Counted from the stretch's first letter, positions 43,400 through 54,759 are shown. The stretch: 64,000 nt of DNA from Pachysolen tannophilus NRRL Y-2460 (GCA_001661245.1 KV454013.1:714502-778501), one strand, 5' to 3'. Translations and numbers: made by a program. Notes: generated from the letters alone by a model not told the origin.

Positions 43400-45805
43400 A
43401 TGCCCTCGATATTAGATCCGTATTCGATAACTGGACTTCCCAGAATTTCAACAACTTCTTCTGATGATGGATTTTCATCGTTATGTGCAATATCAGAGAT
43501 TTCGAATAAGGATACCCCATTTATAGATTTGGCTATTGATGGCTCGATTATTGGAACTTATATATTAAGACCAACTCCAAAATTGGTTTGGTCATTCGCT
43601 ATATCTCCTATAACTGTTGTTGATTGTTTGGATAGTTTTAACACTGTTGAAGATGGTGAAAGTGATAAAGTTGTTGTTTGTGTTAGTGAACGGAAGAAAA
43701 AATTTTTCATTTTAATTGAAAAATTGAAAACTGATTCAGATGATATAAATGTTAAGAGTGAAAAAATTTTAATAACTGGGAAGAAAATTATTGGATTAAA
43801 ATTTTCTAATAATGGAGATAGTTTTTATTCTATCTCTGAGAATGGACAAGTTGGATTATATGATTTCAAATTTGAAGGTGATGAAACGAAAAAAATAGAT
43901 CCAATAAGTTTTATTGAAGGTACAAGTAAAACTTCAAAAGTTTTATTTCATAAGTTTATGAAGACTAGTCAATCTCTTGATATTGCAAAAGCTGAAGGAT
44001 ACTTGTTATCATTGGAATATTCAAATAAAAATTTTAATTTCAAAGTATATGCATTATTAAATGATAAAAATATCTTAGAAATGAGTAATTCGACATTATC
44101 ATCATTGTCTAAATTAAATTTAGATTCATTAAAAATTATTTATGATCCATCGGGGAATTTAATAATCTTGGATATTATTAATTATAATTTATTTTGTTTC
44201 AAGATACCAACAGGTGAATTAATGAAAAAAATTTCTCTTGCAAATAAATTGTCAAATTTTCCTCAAAATAGAGAAATAACACTTTTGGTACCTGCACCAA
44301 ATAGATTATTACTAGCAATAAATAATACTATATTCTTGATTGAATTGAAACATGAAGCAATATTGGATACATATACAACATCATCACCATCATCGGTTTT
44401 AGCATTGCTTCAATGTCCTTTTGTTAAAGGTAACTCTTTAAATACAAAAGAATCGAATTTTTTTGTTTTAAATAAAAATATGAAAAATGGTTCGGTTTCA
44501 TTGAAAAATTTTTCAATAGATGTTGGATATGGTAATTTAGCTGATTGTTTAGGTAAAGGTATCAATAGGGTTACAGAATATTCAGATGATAAAGTTTTTT
44601 TCCAAAACGAGGTTAAAGCTTTCACAGATTTAATCAAGATTGATTCGAATAAGCTGCAACTACAAGAAGAAGATACAATAGCAAGTGGTGAATTATACCA
44701 ATTATACTGTTTCTTGAAAGAAAGCCTGCTTTCAGCAGATGTTCTGAGATGGGAATCGATTTTTGTTCCATACATGAAAACTTCAACAAAATCTTTTGAA
44801 TCACTTAGAAACGAAATTAAAGATTCAAGTCTTCATAAAATCGACAATCAGAAACAAGATTTTAAAATTTTTGAATTGGAAAATGATAGAATAATTGATT
44901 CAAAATTTATTTATAAAATTGTCAGTTTAATATTTAAACGTGGAGAAGATGGCAAATTAGCTTTATATAATTCTAATTTTGTTCCTGAAGCTACTTTAAC
45001 ATATTTACTTACACATCCTCTTTTCCCAACAGAATTCACTAAAGGGTTACTTCAATCTTTAAATAGATTCCCAAGATTAATTAGACAAGCAATTGTAACA
45101 TGTCCAAACTTATCTTGTCTCGAGTTAATTCAACAGTTGGACCTTATTGAAAATAATGAAATTTTCAAAGATTTGGTTGTTAGATTAGTTGAAGAATATA
45201 GTAGTGAAAAGATCACACAGGAAACAATGAAAATTATGAATTCTAATAACCAACTGAATTCCGAAACAACTAATAATGGATCATTTGATTTGGATAAAAT
45301 TATAGGAAAGATTATTCGTTTAAATTTTGGTTTTGAAATATTAAATTCTTTTATTGATTCCAATGGTTTGATCTTGAGTTTACATTATTCTAAAAATGAA
45401 TCGAATTTGGAGAAATTCATCAATAAGATAGATTACAAGATAAACTCTTTATTGGTGAATTCACAATTACTTACATTGGTAAATCAATCATTGATCAATG
45501 CTAACGAGTTATCACCTGAAATTGGAAATAACACATATATCAAGAAATCTAAAAAGACAAAGAAAAATAAAAAGAAACTGGAACAACTGCAAGAATTAAA
45601 GAGATTAGAACAAAATACCAATCAAACTCCATTAACTATATCTGAAAATATCAACGAAACAAAGATGAGATTAGAATCAATGTTAACCATTGACAAGAAA
45701 AATGATCATCATGGCGGGTTATTCAAAAATAACACTATTAACGGTGGTTCTGGTTCTTTTGATAAAAAAGTTCCTTCATATTCCGTTGAAAAATTAATTA
45801 TATAG
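43400..45805 (+). CDS. UTP8: SSU processome / tRNA-export protein Utp8
   Basis: MPS...LPR start, PTPKLVW, YLLTHPLFP, RQAIVTCPNL and terminal YSVEKL; RRPE-PAC promoter; ATG at 43400. Confidence 0.88.
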   Translation: MPSILDPYSITGLPRISTTSSDDGFSSLCAISEISNKDTPFIDLAIDGSIIGTYILRPTPKLVWSFAISPITVVDCLDSFNTVEDGESDKVVVCVSERKKKFFILIEKLKTDSDDINVKSEKILITGKKIIGLKFSNNGDSFYSISENGQVGLYDFKFEGDETKKIDPISFIEGTSKTSKVLFHKFMKTSQSLDIAKAEGYLLSLEYSNKNFNFKVYALLNDKNILEMSNSTLSSLSKLNLDSLKIIYDPSGNLIILDIINYNLFCFKIPTGELMKKISLANKLSNFPQNREITLLVPAPNRLLLAINNTIFLIELKHEAILDTYTTSSPSSVLALLQCPFVKGNSLNTKESNFFVLNKNMKNGSVSLKNFSIDVGYGNLADCLGKGINRVTEYSDDKVFFQNEVKAFTDLIKIDSNKLQLQEEDTIASGELYQLYCFLKESLLSADVLRWESIFVPYMKTSTKSFESLRNEIKDSSLHKIDNQKQDFKIFELENDRIIDSKFIYKIVSLIFKRGEDGKLALYNSNFVPEATLTYLLTHPLFPTEFTKGLLQSLNRFPRLIRQAIVTCPNLSCLELIQQLDLIENNEIFKDLVVRLVEEYSSEKITQETMKIMNSNNQLNSETTNNGSFDLDKIIGKIIRLNFGFEILNSFIDSNGLILSLHYSKNESNLEKFINKIDYKINSLLVNSQLLTLVNQSLINANELSPEIGNNTYIKKSKKTKKNKKKLEQLQELKRLEQNTNQTPLTISENINETKMRLESMLTIDKKNDHHGGLFKNNTINGGSGSFDKKVPSYSVEKLII

Positions 45806-46266
45806 ATTATTATAGCATCAATTTGAATTCAACTTGTAATTTTATACACTATTTCGTCATTAACTTCACCTCTTCTTGTAGAAAAATGTGTGGTATTAAA
45901 GATTTTCCACTAAAAAAAAAGTTTTCACTTAGCCTGCAATCCTGCATAATCAAGCGGGAATACTACCGACATAAAATGATTGGACCTAAACTTTGAAGAG
46001 ATAAGATATTCATCTTCTTGTCCAGTTTTCCAGAATTTGATTCAATAATTTTTTTTTTTTTTTTTTTTTTGACAAGATTGAGTGCGAGCTGAGTTAATTT
46101 TTATTGTGGTTCTTGAAATTCAATATTGCAGTTTTGTTTTTGCATTTTTTAATTGTGCCACTGTCACTGTATATATAATATTTATTATAAAGTAAGAATA
46201 CTTTTGAAGAAGCCAAACACAAAGAGAGTGAATTACATTTAGGCATAGAAACTTATACACACACTC

Positions 46267-46270
<4 letters not shown>

Positions 46271-46297
<27 letters not shown>
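46271..46297. repeat. (GA)n microsatellite
   Basis: Direct reading of the sequence. Confidence 0.9.
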
Positions 46298-46301
<4 letters not shown>

Positions 46302-46377
46302 AAGAAAAAGAGAAAAAGAGAGAAAAACATATATATTTATAGAGCTATAGACACATACGCAATTATTTATAGAGCAG

Positions 46378-49300
46378 ATGGATGATTATAATTTTTCGCC
46401 CACATCTTCTTCTTTTACAAATAAGAACAATAGGAAAGTAACATCTTTCCCTCAGGCTTTTTCATTTTCCAATCCTTCTTCATTTCATCATCAGGCAAAT
46501 GACGTGCCTGGATCAAGACAGCATATATACGGGAGCTTCAAGGCGACACCGTCTCCTACTAGCAACAACAACAACAACATTTTCAGTTCAGCATCGCCTG
46601 CTGTCAATTCAGATGAAGCAATTCATGAACAAGCAGCCGAGTTGGCCCGAGTAGGTGTCTCAGAAGAAAGTGATGAGGATCACACAGGCGATTATAATAA
46701 CAATGATAACAACAACAACAATAATAATGGTAGTAGCATTGGAGAGATTCCCTCGTCATCAACTGATACTCCAGCAGATTTAGATTTTTTAAACAATAGT
46801 AATGATATGGATAATCAATTATACAGAAATCCAACATATTCGGTTAGTCCCAAAAATAGTAATCCACCGAGCATTGTTGATCAGCTGGATTTTCTGCCTT
46901 ATCATCCATTTCATCCTGATCCTTCAGTTGACTCAAATACACCTCTTTTACATGATCCTTTTAAACAACATAATATCATAAATGGAACTAGCAGTTCTCT
47001 AATTCCAATAACTTCAGTAGATTTGGAAAATGGATTACCAATTCGTCGAAATTTTTTTCTGCGGTTTCTGAATAATATATCTCAGTTATTAAAACCTCAT
47101 AATTTAAAAAACTGTGTGGTAAAACCGCTGACTTATTTCCCAGCCGTTTTTTTGGGAGTTTTATTAAATGTGTTGGATGGCTTATCTTATGGAATGATTA
47201 TGTTCCCTCTTAGTGAAGCCGTTTTCAGTTCAATGGCACCTGCCGGACTTTCAATGTTCTATATATCTTGTATCATCTCCCAGTTAGTCTTTTCTTGTGG
47301 AGGTTCGGCATTTCCTTCAGGTATTGGCTCTGAAATGATTGAAGTAACGCCTTTTTTGCATTCAATGGCATATAGTATTTTGAACAGTATTGGAAATACA
47401 GAAGAGAACCAGGAACTGATAATAGCCACTACAATGTTCGCATATGCAATAAGTTCTATGGTTACTGGTGCTGTCTTTTATACATTAGGAAAATGCAAAC
47501 TAGGTTCATTGGTTGCCTTTTTCCCTAGGCACATCTTGGTAGGATGTATTGGAGGTGTTGGATATTTTTTAGTTGTTACTGGGATTGAAACCTCATCTAG
47601 GTTAGATGGTGGCCTACAATATACTTTACCTGTTTTGAAGTTCTTACTTCAACCCATCACGTTATTACAATGGACAATTCCTCTTTTGTTGGCAATATTG
47701 TTGATAATAATTCAAAGATATAATCGTAACGCTTTAATTGTTCCAGGTTATTTCATCGCTGTATTTATTACTTTCCACTTATTAATATTCTTAGTTCCAT
47801 CTTGGGATCTACCCTTAGCAAGAAATTACGGTTGGATCTTTGAATCCCATGAATCAAAAGAACCTTGGTATGGATTTTATCTGTTGTATAAATTTGATAA
47901 AGTTCACTGGATGAAAATTTTGTCACAAGTTCCAACTATGTTTGCATTGACTTTTTTCGGTATATTACATGTTCCTATAAATGTTCCTGCCTTGGCTGTA
48001 ACTTTGGGTGTTGATGAGTATGATGTTGACAGAGAACTTGTTGCACATGGATATTCAAATATTTTATCGGGATTTGTTGGTTCTATCCAAAACTATCTAG
48101 TATATACAAACAGTGTTTTATTCATTCTTGCTGGAGCAGGCAAAGATTCTCATTTGAGTGGAATTATGCTTGCTCTTGGAACCGTAGCTATGATGGTTGC
48201 CGGTCCCGTAGTGATCGGATATATACCAGTTTGCGTTGTTGGTGCATTGATCTATTTATTAGGGTATGAATTGTTACGAGAAGCTTTATACGATACATGG
48301 GGTCGATTAAGCAGATTTGAATATTTAACAATTGTTATCATCGTAATAACAATGGGTGCTTGGGATTTCGTCTATGGTATTTTGGTTGGTGTGTTATTGC
48401 TGTGCATTTCTTTTGTAGTTGAAGCTGCTCAGAGACCTGTAATATCTGGTGTATATACTGGAAGTTATGCGAGATCTACAGTATTGAGACACCCAAAGCA
48501 ACAGGATTTTTTAAAAGATGTTGGGGATCAGATATATATTTTGAAACTTCAAGGATCATTATTTTTTGGATCAATTGGCGGTCTTGAGAGGAAAATACGA
48601 AGCAGATTTGAAGAAAATGCTTTTGCAAAAGAGCCAGTTAGATATTTGGTTTTAGATATGAATTCAGTGTTGGGTATCGACTTTTCTGCAGCTGAAGGTT
48701 TCAGAAGAATTAAAAACTTGATTATTGGTAAAAATTGCTACTTAATAATATCTTCTGTTTTTGAAAATAGCAATATCATAAAATCTTTGAGAGATGCTGG
48801 ATTATGGGAGACTCTGGAAGATAATAAAAGAATTCAATTATTCACTGACTTAAACTCATCTTTAGAATGGTGTGAAAATACTTTTCTCAAAACATATAGT
48901 GTCTACAAGCTCAAGTCAGGCCGTAATATTGTAGTCAGCTGTAATAACCACAGTAGCACCAATGCTAGTGGTGGCAATGGGAATGGGAATGAGAACGGCA
49001 ATGTCACTGGAAACAACAATAAAGTAACTAGAAAAGAGTTGACTATTCCAACTAGACAACGCAAAACATCCACAGTTGCTGCGGCTGCTGCTTCTGGAGG
49101 GTTTGGTGGTAGTTTAATGTCTTCATATTACGTTGAAGATTCGTTATCGGAAGGCTCTCCGCGTCATGTTCAAATTGTAAGAGCTGCTAAGAAGACAATT
49201 TATGATGAAGGTAATAAGTTATTTTATGGTGGTAATGATATAGCTGCAGATAAGCAACCGTTACCTCTTATATTAACAATATTTCAAAGTTTATCAGATA

Positions 49301-49716
49301 AAAGAGATGTCAAATTTTGGCTTCGCCTAGCACCTTTTTTCAAAAAAGAAGTGATACCTGCAAATATAAGTTTCCATTCCAGTGATGATAGTCCTAGTAT
49401 GTTTCTTGTTGAAAACGGATTAATCAATATGGACTACAAGTACGAACTAAATAACAGTAGTAAAGTTGGAACTTTACATGCAAGCATATTACCACTTACA
49501 GCTTTTGGAAATTTGAGAAAACTGATTTATTCAAGTGACTTGGTCTGTGAATATAAAACAAAAGTGGATAGCACAGTGTGGACATTAAATGCTGAAACCT
49601 TGGAGAATCTAAAGTCCAAACATCCAAAGTTGTACATCGAGTTGGCTGAAATTGAAATGAGATTGATGGAAGAGAGGTTCGATACAATGACTTGTAATCT
49701 TATTGTTTCTTCTTGA
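46378..49716 (+). CDS. VSB1: SulP/SLC26-family vacuolar transporter with STAS and cNMP-like domains (Vsb1/YGR125W-like)
   Basis: Motifs PAVFLGVLLNVLDGLSYG, GSEMIE, FFGILHVPINVPAL, QNYLVYTNS and LEWCEN. Confidence 0.88.
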   Translation: MDDYNFSPTSSSFTNKNNRKVTSFPQAFSFSNPSSFHHQANDVPGSRQHIYGSFKATPSPTSNNNNNIFSSASPAVNSDEAIHEQAAELARVGVSEESDEDHTGDYNNNDNNNNNNNGSSIGEIPSSSTDTPADLDFLNNSNDMDNQLYRNPTYSVSPKNSNPPSIVDQLDFLPYHPFHPDPSVDSNTPLLHDPFKQHNIINGTSSSLIPITSVDLENGLPIRRNFFLRFLNNISQLLKPHNLKNCVVKPLTYFPAVFLGVLLNVLDGLSYGMIMFPLSEAVFSSMAPAGLSMFYISCIISQLVFSCGGSAFPSGIGSEMIEVTPFLHSMAYSILNSIGNTEENQELIIATTMFAYAISSMVTGAVFYTLGKCKLGSLVAFFPRHILVGCIGGVGYFLVVTGIETSSRLDGGLQYTLPVLKFLLQPITLLQWTIPLLLAILLIIIQRYNRNALIVPGYFIAVFITFHLLIFLVPSWDLPLARNYGWIFESHESKEPWYGFYLLYKFDKVHWMKILSQVPTMFALTFFGILHVPINVPALAVTLGVDEYDVDRELVAHGYSNILSGFVGSIQNYLVYTNSVLFILAGAGKDSHLSGIMLALGTVAMMVAGPVVIGYIPVCVVGALIYLLGYELLREALYDTWGRLSRFEYLTIVIIVITMGAWDFVYGILVGVLLLCISFVVEAAQRPVISGVYTGSYARSTVLRHPKQQDFLKDVGDQIYILKLQGSLFFGSIGGLERKIRSRFEENAFAKEPVRYLVLDMNSVLGIDFSAAEGFRRIKNLIIGKNCYLIISSVFENSNIIKSLRDAGLWETLEDNKRIQLFTDLNSSLEWCENTFLKTYSVYKLKSGRNIVVSCNNHSSTNASGGNGNGNENGNVTGNNNKVTRKELTIPTRQRKTSTVAAAAASGGFGGSLMSSYYVEDSLSEGSPRHVQIVRAAKKTIYDEGNKLFYGGNDIAADKQPLPLILTIFQSLSDKRDVKFWLRLAPFFKKEVIPANISFHSSDDSPSMFLVENGLINMDYKYELNNSSKVGTLHASILPLTAFGNLRKLIYSSDLVCEYKTKVDSTVWTLNAETLENLKSKHPKLYIELAEIEMRLMEERFDTMTCNLIVSS

Positions 49717-50015
49717 AGACTGCCTGTAAATAGACTTGCTATACATATCTATCTTTATCGTTATTGTAGTCCCCAATTCTTGCTCCTTTTGTTGTCCTCA
49801 CCGCCTTCATTATCGTCGTCATCGTCGTAATCATCTTCGTCATCGTCGTCATCGTCGTAGTTGGTTGCAATTGTTACTGTAAATTTGGTCGTGTGCGAAA
49901 TTTTGGTTTTTATTAGTTTGATATCAACAAGTGTTAAAACAATCAAAACAATTAATTGTATATATTAACTAAATAGAAGTTAATTTTATTGATTTATGGT
50001 GGGTTGAAGTGAAAA

Positions 50016-52310
50016 ATGGTCACATCACCAACAAAAGTAATTAAGAAGTTTGGTCACTCGAGATCTCCTTCATCGAGTAGTAATAATGCGAATTCAATGG
50101 CTGGGGAGAAAGTTGCTCCTCACAACAAGTCAAAATCAACAACTAGTAATTCTTCCGAAACTAGGAGAACGAATGGTGGGAATGGCAATGGTAATCAAGC
50201 TTATGGAGGCAAGTCTGGTTTTGTTCCACCTCTTCCGTCTTCTTCTTCTTTGAATAATAGTAATAATAATAATAATAGTAATAGCCCTGGTGCTCATAGG
50301 AGAATGTCGTCGATGGAATTAGCTAAACAATATGACGTTGATAGGAAGAATATAATCAAATCGTGTTTTAGTAAGGTTGATCATGATGGCGCTTTACATG
50401 AAAGCTACATTACACATGTTAGGATAATTGAAGATGCGCATTATCCATCTTCAAGGCCGCCAGTGTCATCTTCGCCGTCCAACAAAAAGCAAAGAATCTT
50501 GATGATAGCAGTGAAGAAATCTGGAAGAGTTAGATTGCATAAAGGTAGAGAGGGAAAAGATGGAGCGGTACAAATTGGTAGAACTTGGGACTTGGATGAA
50601 CTTACAAAGATGGAGAAAGATGAACAGGTGCCGACTGGGTTCATGATGCATCTCGGGAAGCAGTATTATTGGGAAACAAATGATCCGAAGGAAGTAGTGG
50701 TTTTCAATAGATCAATAGTGGATACTTATATGAAATATACACATGGTAAATGTCCAGAGCTAGTCAATTGGGATCCAAGAGTCTTGGGTATATCTTCGGC
50801 AATCGCGGAAACTTCTAGTAAACGGTCAGTCCCAGGTTCTAGTGTAAATAAAGTTCATACTAACACTAGTGCTACACCTACACCCACTGTAATTGCTACA
50901 GAGACATCTTCGTCAATACCCCTTTCTTCAAGGACAGCGACTTCAACGAATTCTGAATTAAGTATTCCAAAAACAAGGACAAAATCTCAAGATACTGCTT
51001 CTCAAAGAATACCTCAATCGCTGAACGATTCTTATAAAAGTGTTGAAAGTAGACAGCTGCCATTGCGACAACAAATGCCTCCAACACCAATGTATCCGCA
51101 AACCAATAATTCTTTTTCCTCTTCGGAGAAAATACCTGCTGTTAAGCCAATTCCATTTCCAGGAAGTACTACCCAATCAGTTGAACAACAACCTTATGGC
51201 TATAACTCTGCTAACCAAGAGCAGACTATGCCATATCAAAGCAGTAAAACTAAGAAGCAATTATCAAATGACAGAGTTCTGAAAGTACCACAGTCTAATG
51301 TTTCTTTGAATAATGGGGCAGCAATATCAAATACTTCTGTTGAAAGACTAGTTTCTAGCAAAAGCCCTGTAGAAGATGTCAACTTTTTAAGTTTCAGTAG
51401 AAAAAGTTATCAAGAAGTTGAAGAAGAAACTGTTAGAGGAGATAATGATTTTAACGGCAGCTTTCGTAATCATGATAGACAAAGAGCTGAAGACCAAGAA
51501 GAAGATGTTACAGCTTTAGATGACCTTTACGATGACTACACAGAGCAAACCCCAGATGTTGAAGAAGTTCTTGCTCCAGTTACAAATTACACTAATTCCG
51601 GTGCTGCTAATCTGTCACATAACGCTTACCAACAGAAAGAGCGCAAACAAGAGCTTACAACTGATACTTTTCCTTCTAGCATTGAAGAAAAATTAGCCCA
51701 TAATTTAGATGAATTGGATTTCAATGAGCTTCCTGAGTCTACTGGTTTTAAAGTACAGGTGCTGGTAAACAGATCCAATCAAAATCAATTTCCTCTGACT
51801 AATCAACCTACTAGAGATAGATGGAATCAGTCTCAAGCAAAATCACGTGAAGAACAAATTCCACAAAAAGAACTTAAAAAGAGTAATTACGCTAAAGATA
51901 AAAATTTTAATCAGAAACTGCAAGTTTCAAAGAAACAACTGCAAAATCCAAACCAGGAACTTGGTGAATCTCTTGCTGATAGATTTATTGATCAGCTTTT
52001 CCAAGAAATCAATTGGAAAGACTCTGATGATGTAACAACAATAGAACAAAAACTTTTGAAAGAATTGAACAAAATCAACAACGAGAAATGCGAAGAATTA
52101 ATATCAATAAGTAACAACAACAGCATTTTAGAGCAATCATTGGACAATTGTTTGAAAGAATGCGATAGGTTAGATCCAATCTTTGCCTTTTATAACGTTG
52201 AACTAACATCTTTCCAAGATGAAGTTAACCAAATCAGTGGCGAGACTGAAGCTATTGGCTTGATCAATAGAAAGAAACTATATAGTGAAATTGTTAAAAT
52301 GAATGGATAG
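50016..52310 (+). CDS. Sec3-like protein with N-terminal PIP2-binding PH domain and coiled coil but no Sec3 C-terminal region
   Basis: Motifs YITHVRIIED, LHKGRE and QIGRTWDLDEL; low-complexity middle; coiled coil followed by a stop at 764 aa. Confidence 0.8.
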   Translation: MVTSPTKVIKKFGHSRSPSSSSNNANSMAGEKVAPHNKSKSTTSNSSETRRTNGGNGNGNQAYGGKSGFVPPLPSSSSLNNSNNNNNSNSPGAHRRMSSMELAKQYDVDRKNIIKSCFSKVDHDGALHESYITHVRIIEDAHYPSSRPPVSSSPSNKKQRILMIAVKKSGRVRLHKGREGKDGAVQIGRTWDLDELTKMEKDEQVPTGFMMHLGKQYYWETNDPKEVVVFNRSIVDTYMKYTHGKCPELVNWDPRVLGISSAIAETSSKRSVPGSSVNKVHTNTSATPTPTVIATETSSSIPLSSRTATSTNSELSIPKTRTKSQDTASQRIPQSLNDSYKSVESRQLPLRQQMPPTPMYPQTNNSFSSSEKIPAVKPIPFPGSTTQSVEQQPYGYNSANQEQTMPYQSSKTKKQLSNDRVLKVPQSNVSLNNGAAISNTSVERLVSSKSPVEDVNFLSFSRKSYQEVEEETVRGDNDFNGSFRNHDRQRAEDQEEDVTALDDLYDDYTEQTPDVEEVLAPVTNYTNSGAANLSHNAYQQKERKQELTTDTFPSSIEEKLAHNLDELDFNELPESTGFKVQVLVNRSNQNQFPLTNQPTRDRWNQSQAKSREEQIPQKELKKSNYAKDKNFNQKLQVSKKQLQNPNQELGESLADRFIDQLFQEINWKDSDDVTTIEQKLLKELNKINNEKCEELISISNNNSILEQSLDNCLKECDRLDPIFAFYNVELTSFQDEVNQISGETEAIGLINRKKLYSEIVKMNG

Positions 52311-52577
52311 TCTATATAGAGATTTAACTTTGATATGAAGCTCAAGGTCGTTTTTGAAACTGACAATTGTCGTAATCGTTGTCGTAGTCGTTGTCGTTAT
52401 TGTAATCGTTAAAATTATGTCGTTTGAAATTTAGAACGAGAAGAAATCAAAAAAAAAAAAAAAAAAATTAGAAAAAAATTAGAAAAAAACTTTTAATTTG
52501 TAAAAAACCACATAAATTTATAATATATATTCTATATTAATATAATCAGTTAATTAGTTGTAGATGAGCAACATATA

Positions 52578-53492
52578 ATGACGAAGAAAAATAGCATAAA
52601 TTTTGATCAGATATTTTCACAATTTGTGCTCCCGACACATTTGCCCAATACCATAAAAGAGGATACCTCAAACGTTGTGGAGGATAACAATGACGATAAG
52701 AATGCTAGTAAGAGTGACTTTGATGGGACTAATGAGCCAATTTCATCTCATTCTCATTCTAATATGCCATCTTCACTACCGGCCAAGCCAATAGTTTCTA
52801 GAAATAGTGATACAAAACAACTATGGCCGCAGCTGAAAGGAGAAACTGGGGTTAAATCTAAAAATCATTTACTGGAAGAACATAATTCTACTTCTACACG
52901 CACTTCAAAAGCACCAATACCAATTCCAGGTACTTCAATAGTATTGACTACTCCAGAAGACATTCAGAAATGGATTGAAGAAAGAAAGAAAAACTGGCCA
53001 TCGAAAAAAAGAATTCTTGAAAAAGAAGAGTTGAAAAAACAAAAAATTGAAACACAGAGTATTAGCACTAGCACTTCTAGTAAATCTATAGAATTAAAGG
53101 GTAAAAGACCAGGAGATAATAACAATGAAGATGATGAGCGTAATGATATTAAAAAGAGGAAAAGAATTTGCAAATATTTTGCTAGAGGAAATTGTCGTAA
53201 TCAAAATTGTCAAATGTCTCATGATTTAAAATCCCTGCAAATGGAACAACTGCAAAGACCTTTGAAAAATAATAAATTGGTTTATTTCAACGGAATACCT
53301 GTGAATATTCCAGAAAGATACGCTGCTTCCTTGAACAAAGGGAAGTCGTTACATACTTTGATTATTGAGAATGATATTTTCTTTAAAGAGCAAAATGAAA
53401 AAATTTTAGATTTTATTGAAAAGTTGTTTACGAAAAAAATTTTGGATGATGATTTGGATCAGTTGGCTAATGAATTGAGTTTCAAAAAATAA
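52578..53492 (+). CDS. RSA1: Rsa1/NUFIP1 snoRNP assembly factor with a CCCH zinc finger
   Basis: NUFIP/PEP motif IPGTSIVL.TPEDIQKWIEERKKNWPS; zinc finger CKYFARGNCRNQNCQMSH. Confidence 0.82.
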   Translation: MTKKNSINFDQIFSQFVLPTHLPNTIKEDTSNVVEDNNDDKNASKSDFDGTNEPISSHSHSNMPSSLPAKPIVSRNSDTKQLWPQLKGETGVKSKNHLLEEHNSTSTRTSKAPIPIPGTSIVLTTPEDIQKWIEERKKNWPSKKRILEKEELKKQKIETQSISTSTSSKSIELKGKRPGDNNNEDDERNDIKKRKRICKYFARGNCRNQNCQMSHDLKSLQMEQLQRPLKNNKLVYFNGIPVNIPERYAASLNKGKSLHTLIIENDIFFKEQNEKILDFIEKLFTKKILDDDLDQLANELSFKK

Positions 53493-54251
53493 ATTGTTAA
53501 ATTTAAATTGTATTGATAGATATATAGGACTAATGTATTCCATTTAATTAAAAACTACTCACTGTTAGAGTTAGTATTTTCAATTTTTACATTGTGTAAA
53601 TGATCTTGTTCAAAAGTTTTTTTTTGGCTTTTTTGTAGTTTTATTTGAACAATAAAGAACCCCGACATCCAATCTTTTTATTTAATGCTACATTGGTTTC
53701 CTACTTGTGCAAAAACTTTTCTTTGAACAATTAATTATACAGTTTATCACATGGGAAAAGCTACATCCCGCACCATCATATTTATAATTAGTGCCTGCGT
53801 AGTTATGCAGTTAAAAATCTAGGTTGATTTCTCAAATTTTAGGCTTACGATTGACTGAATCAATACCATTTTAAAATATTTTATGATTCCAATCCTTGAG
53901 ATGATTCCATCTAAATGCATGATAGTGAATTATTGTGAAATTTGAAGAACAGAGAATAAGTTTGAACTTAGCTCGTAACATGTACAAAAACTAAACCTTA
54001 AGCCATGAATTTTTTATGACTAGTATAGATTTCCTATAAAAAAGAAAAAGAAAAAAGAAAAATTACAACAGAAGCAACAATCTTTAAAGTTAATTTAGAT
54101 AAAAGCAACTAGATGGGTCCCATAGTATAATAGGCTTTGAAAATCATGAAATTTGATTGACATTGATCCAATATCCACCATGAAAATATGGCAAAAAAAA
54201 AAAAAGCATTACCAAGCAAGTTTATGCATATACTTGGTAATTTTTATTTTT

Positions 54252-54323
54252 CGCTCTACATGAGATTCGAACTCACAGTCTCCGCATTAGGAGTGCGATG
54301 CCTTACCATTTGGCCAATAGAGC
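54252..54323 (-). tRNA. tRNA-Arg(CCU), intronless
   Basis: Minus strand GCTCTATTGGCCAAATGGTAAGGCATCGCACTCCTAATGCGGAGACTGTGAGTTCGAATCTCATGTAGAGCG: acceptor stem GCTCTAT/GTAGAGC, A box, anticodon loop CT-CCT-AA and B box GTTCGAATC. Confidence 0.95.
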
Positions 54324-54759
54324 TTTATACAATCTTATATTGGCAAAAATGCGATAAATGAAGATTACTGTCAAATACGGGAAAAATCTGATAAAATCTG
54401 ATAAAAAACACAATTATTATCTTATCATGAGTTATCTAATTCTAAAACAATTCAATCTGTATTAGCTTTTATATATATATATATGTATATTAAATCAAAT
54501 TATATGAACACTAATCGGCCACTTCGTGAATAAATAATCAATCATTCAAGGGACGAAACAGGGGGGAAAAAGAACACAAAACAAAAGCAGATTCAAAAAG
54601 CTATATACATCATTATAAAACAGACGATTCTTGAAAATACTATATATAAGATAAGATATGGGGTTCAGCAATATAAAAAAAAACGATAAAAAAACAAGTA
54701 AAAAAAAAAAAAAAATATTCTCACCAAGATGATATCTAACACAGGATAAAATGAAAAAA

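Noticed and set aside
54252..54323. tRNA as the possible CUG-decoding tRNA
   Set aside because: Its anticodon is CCT (Arg), not CAG.
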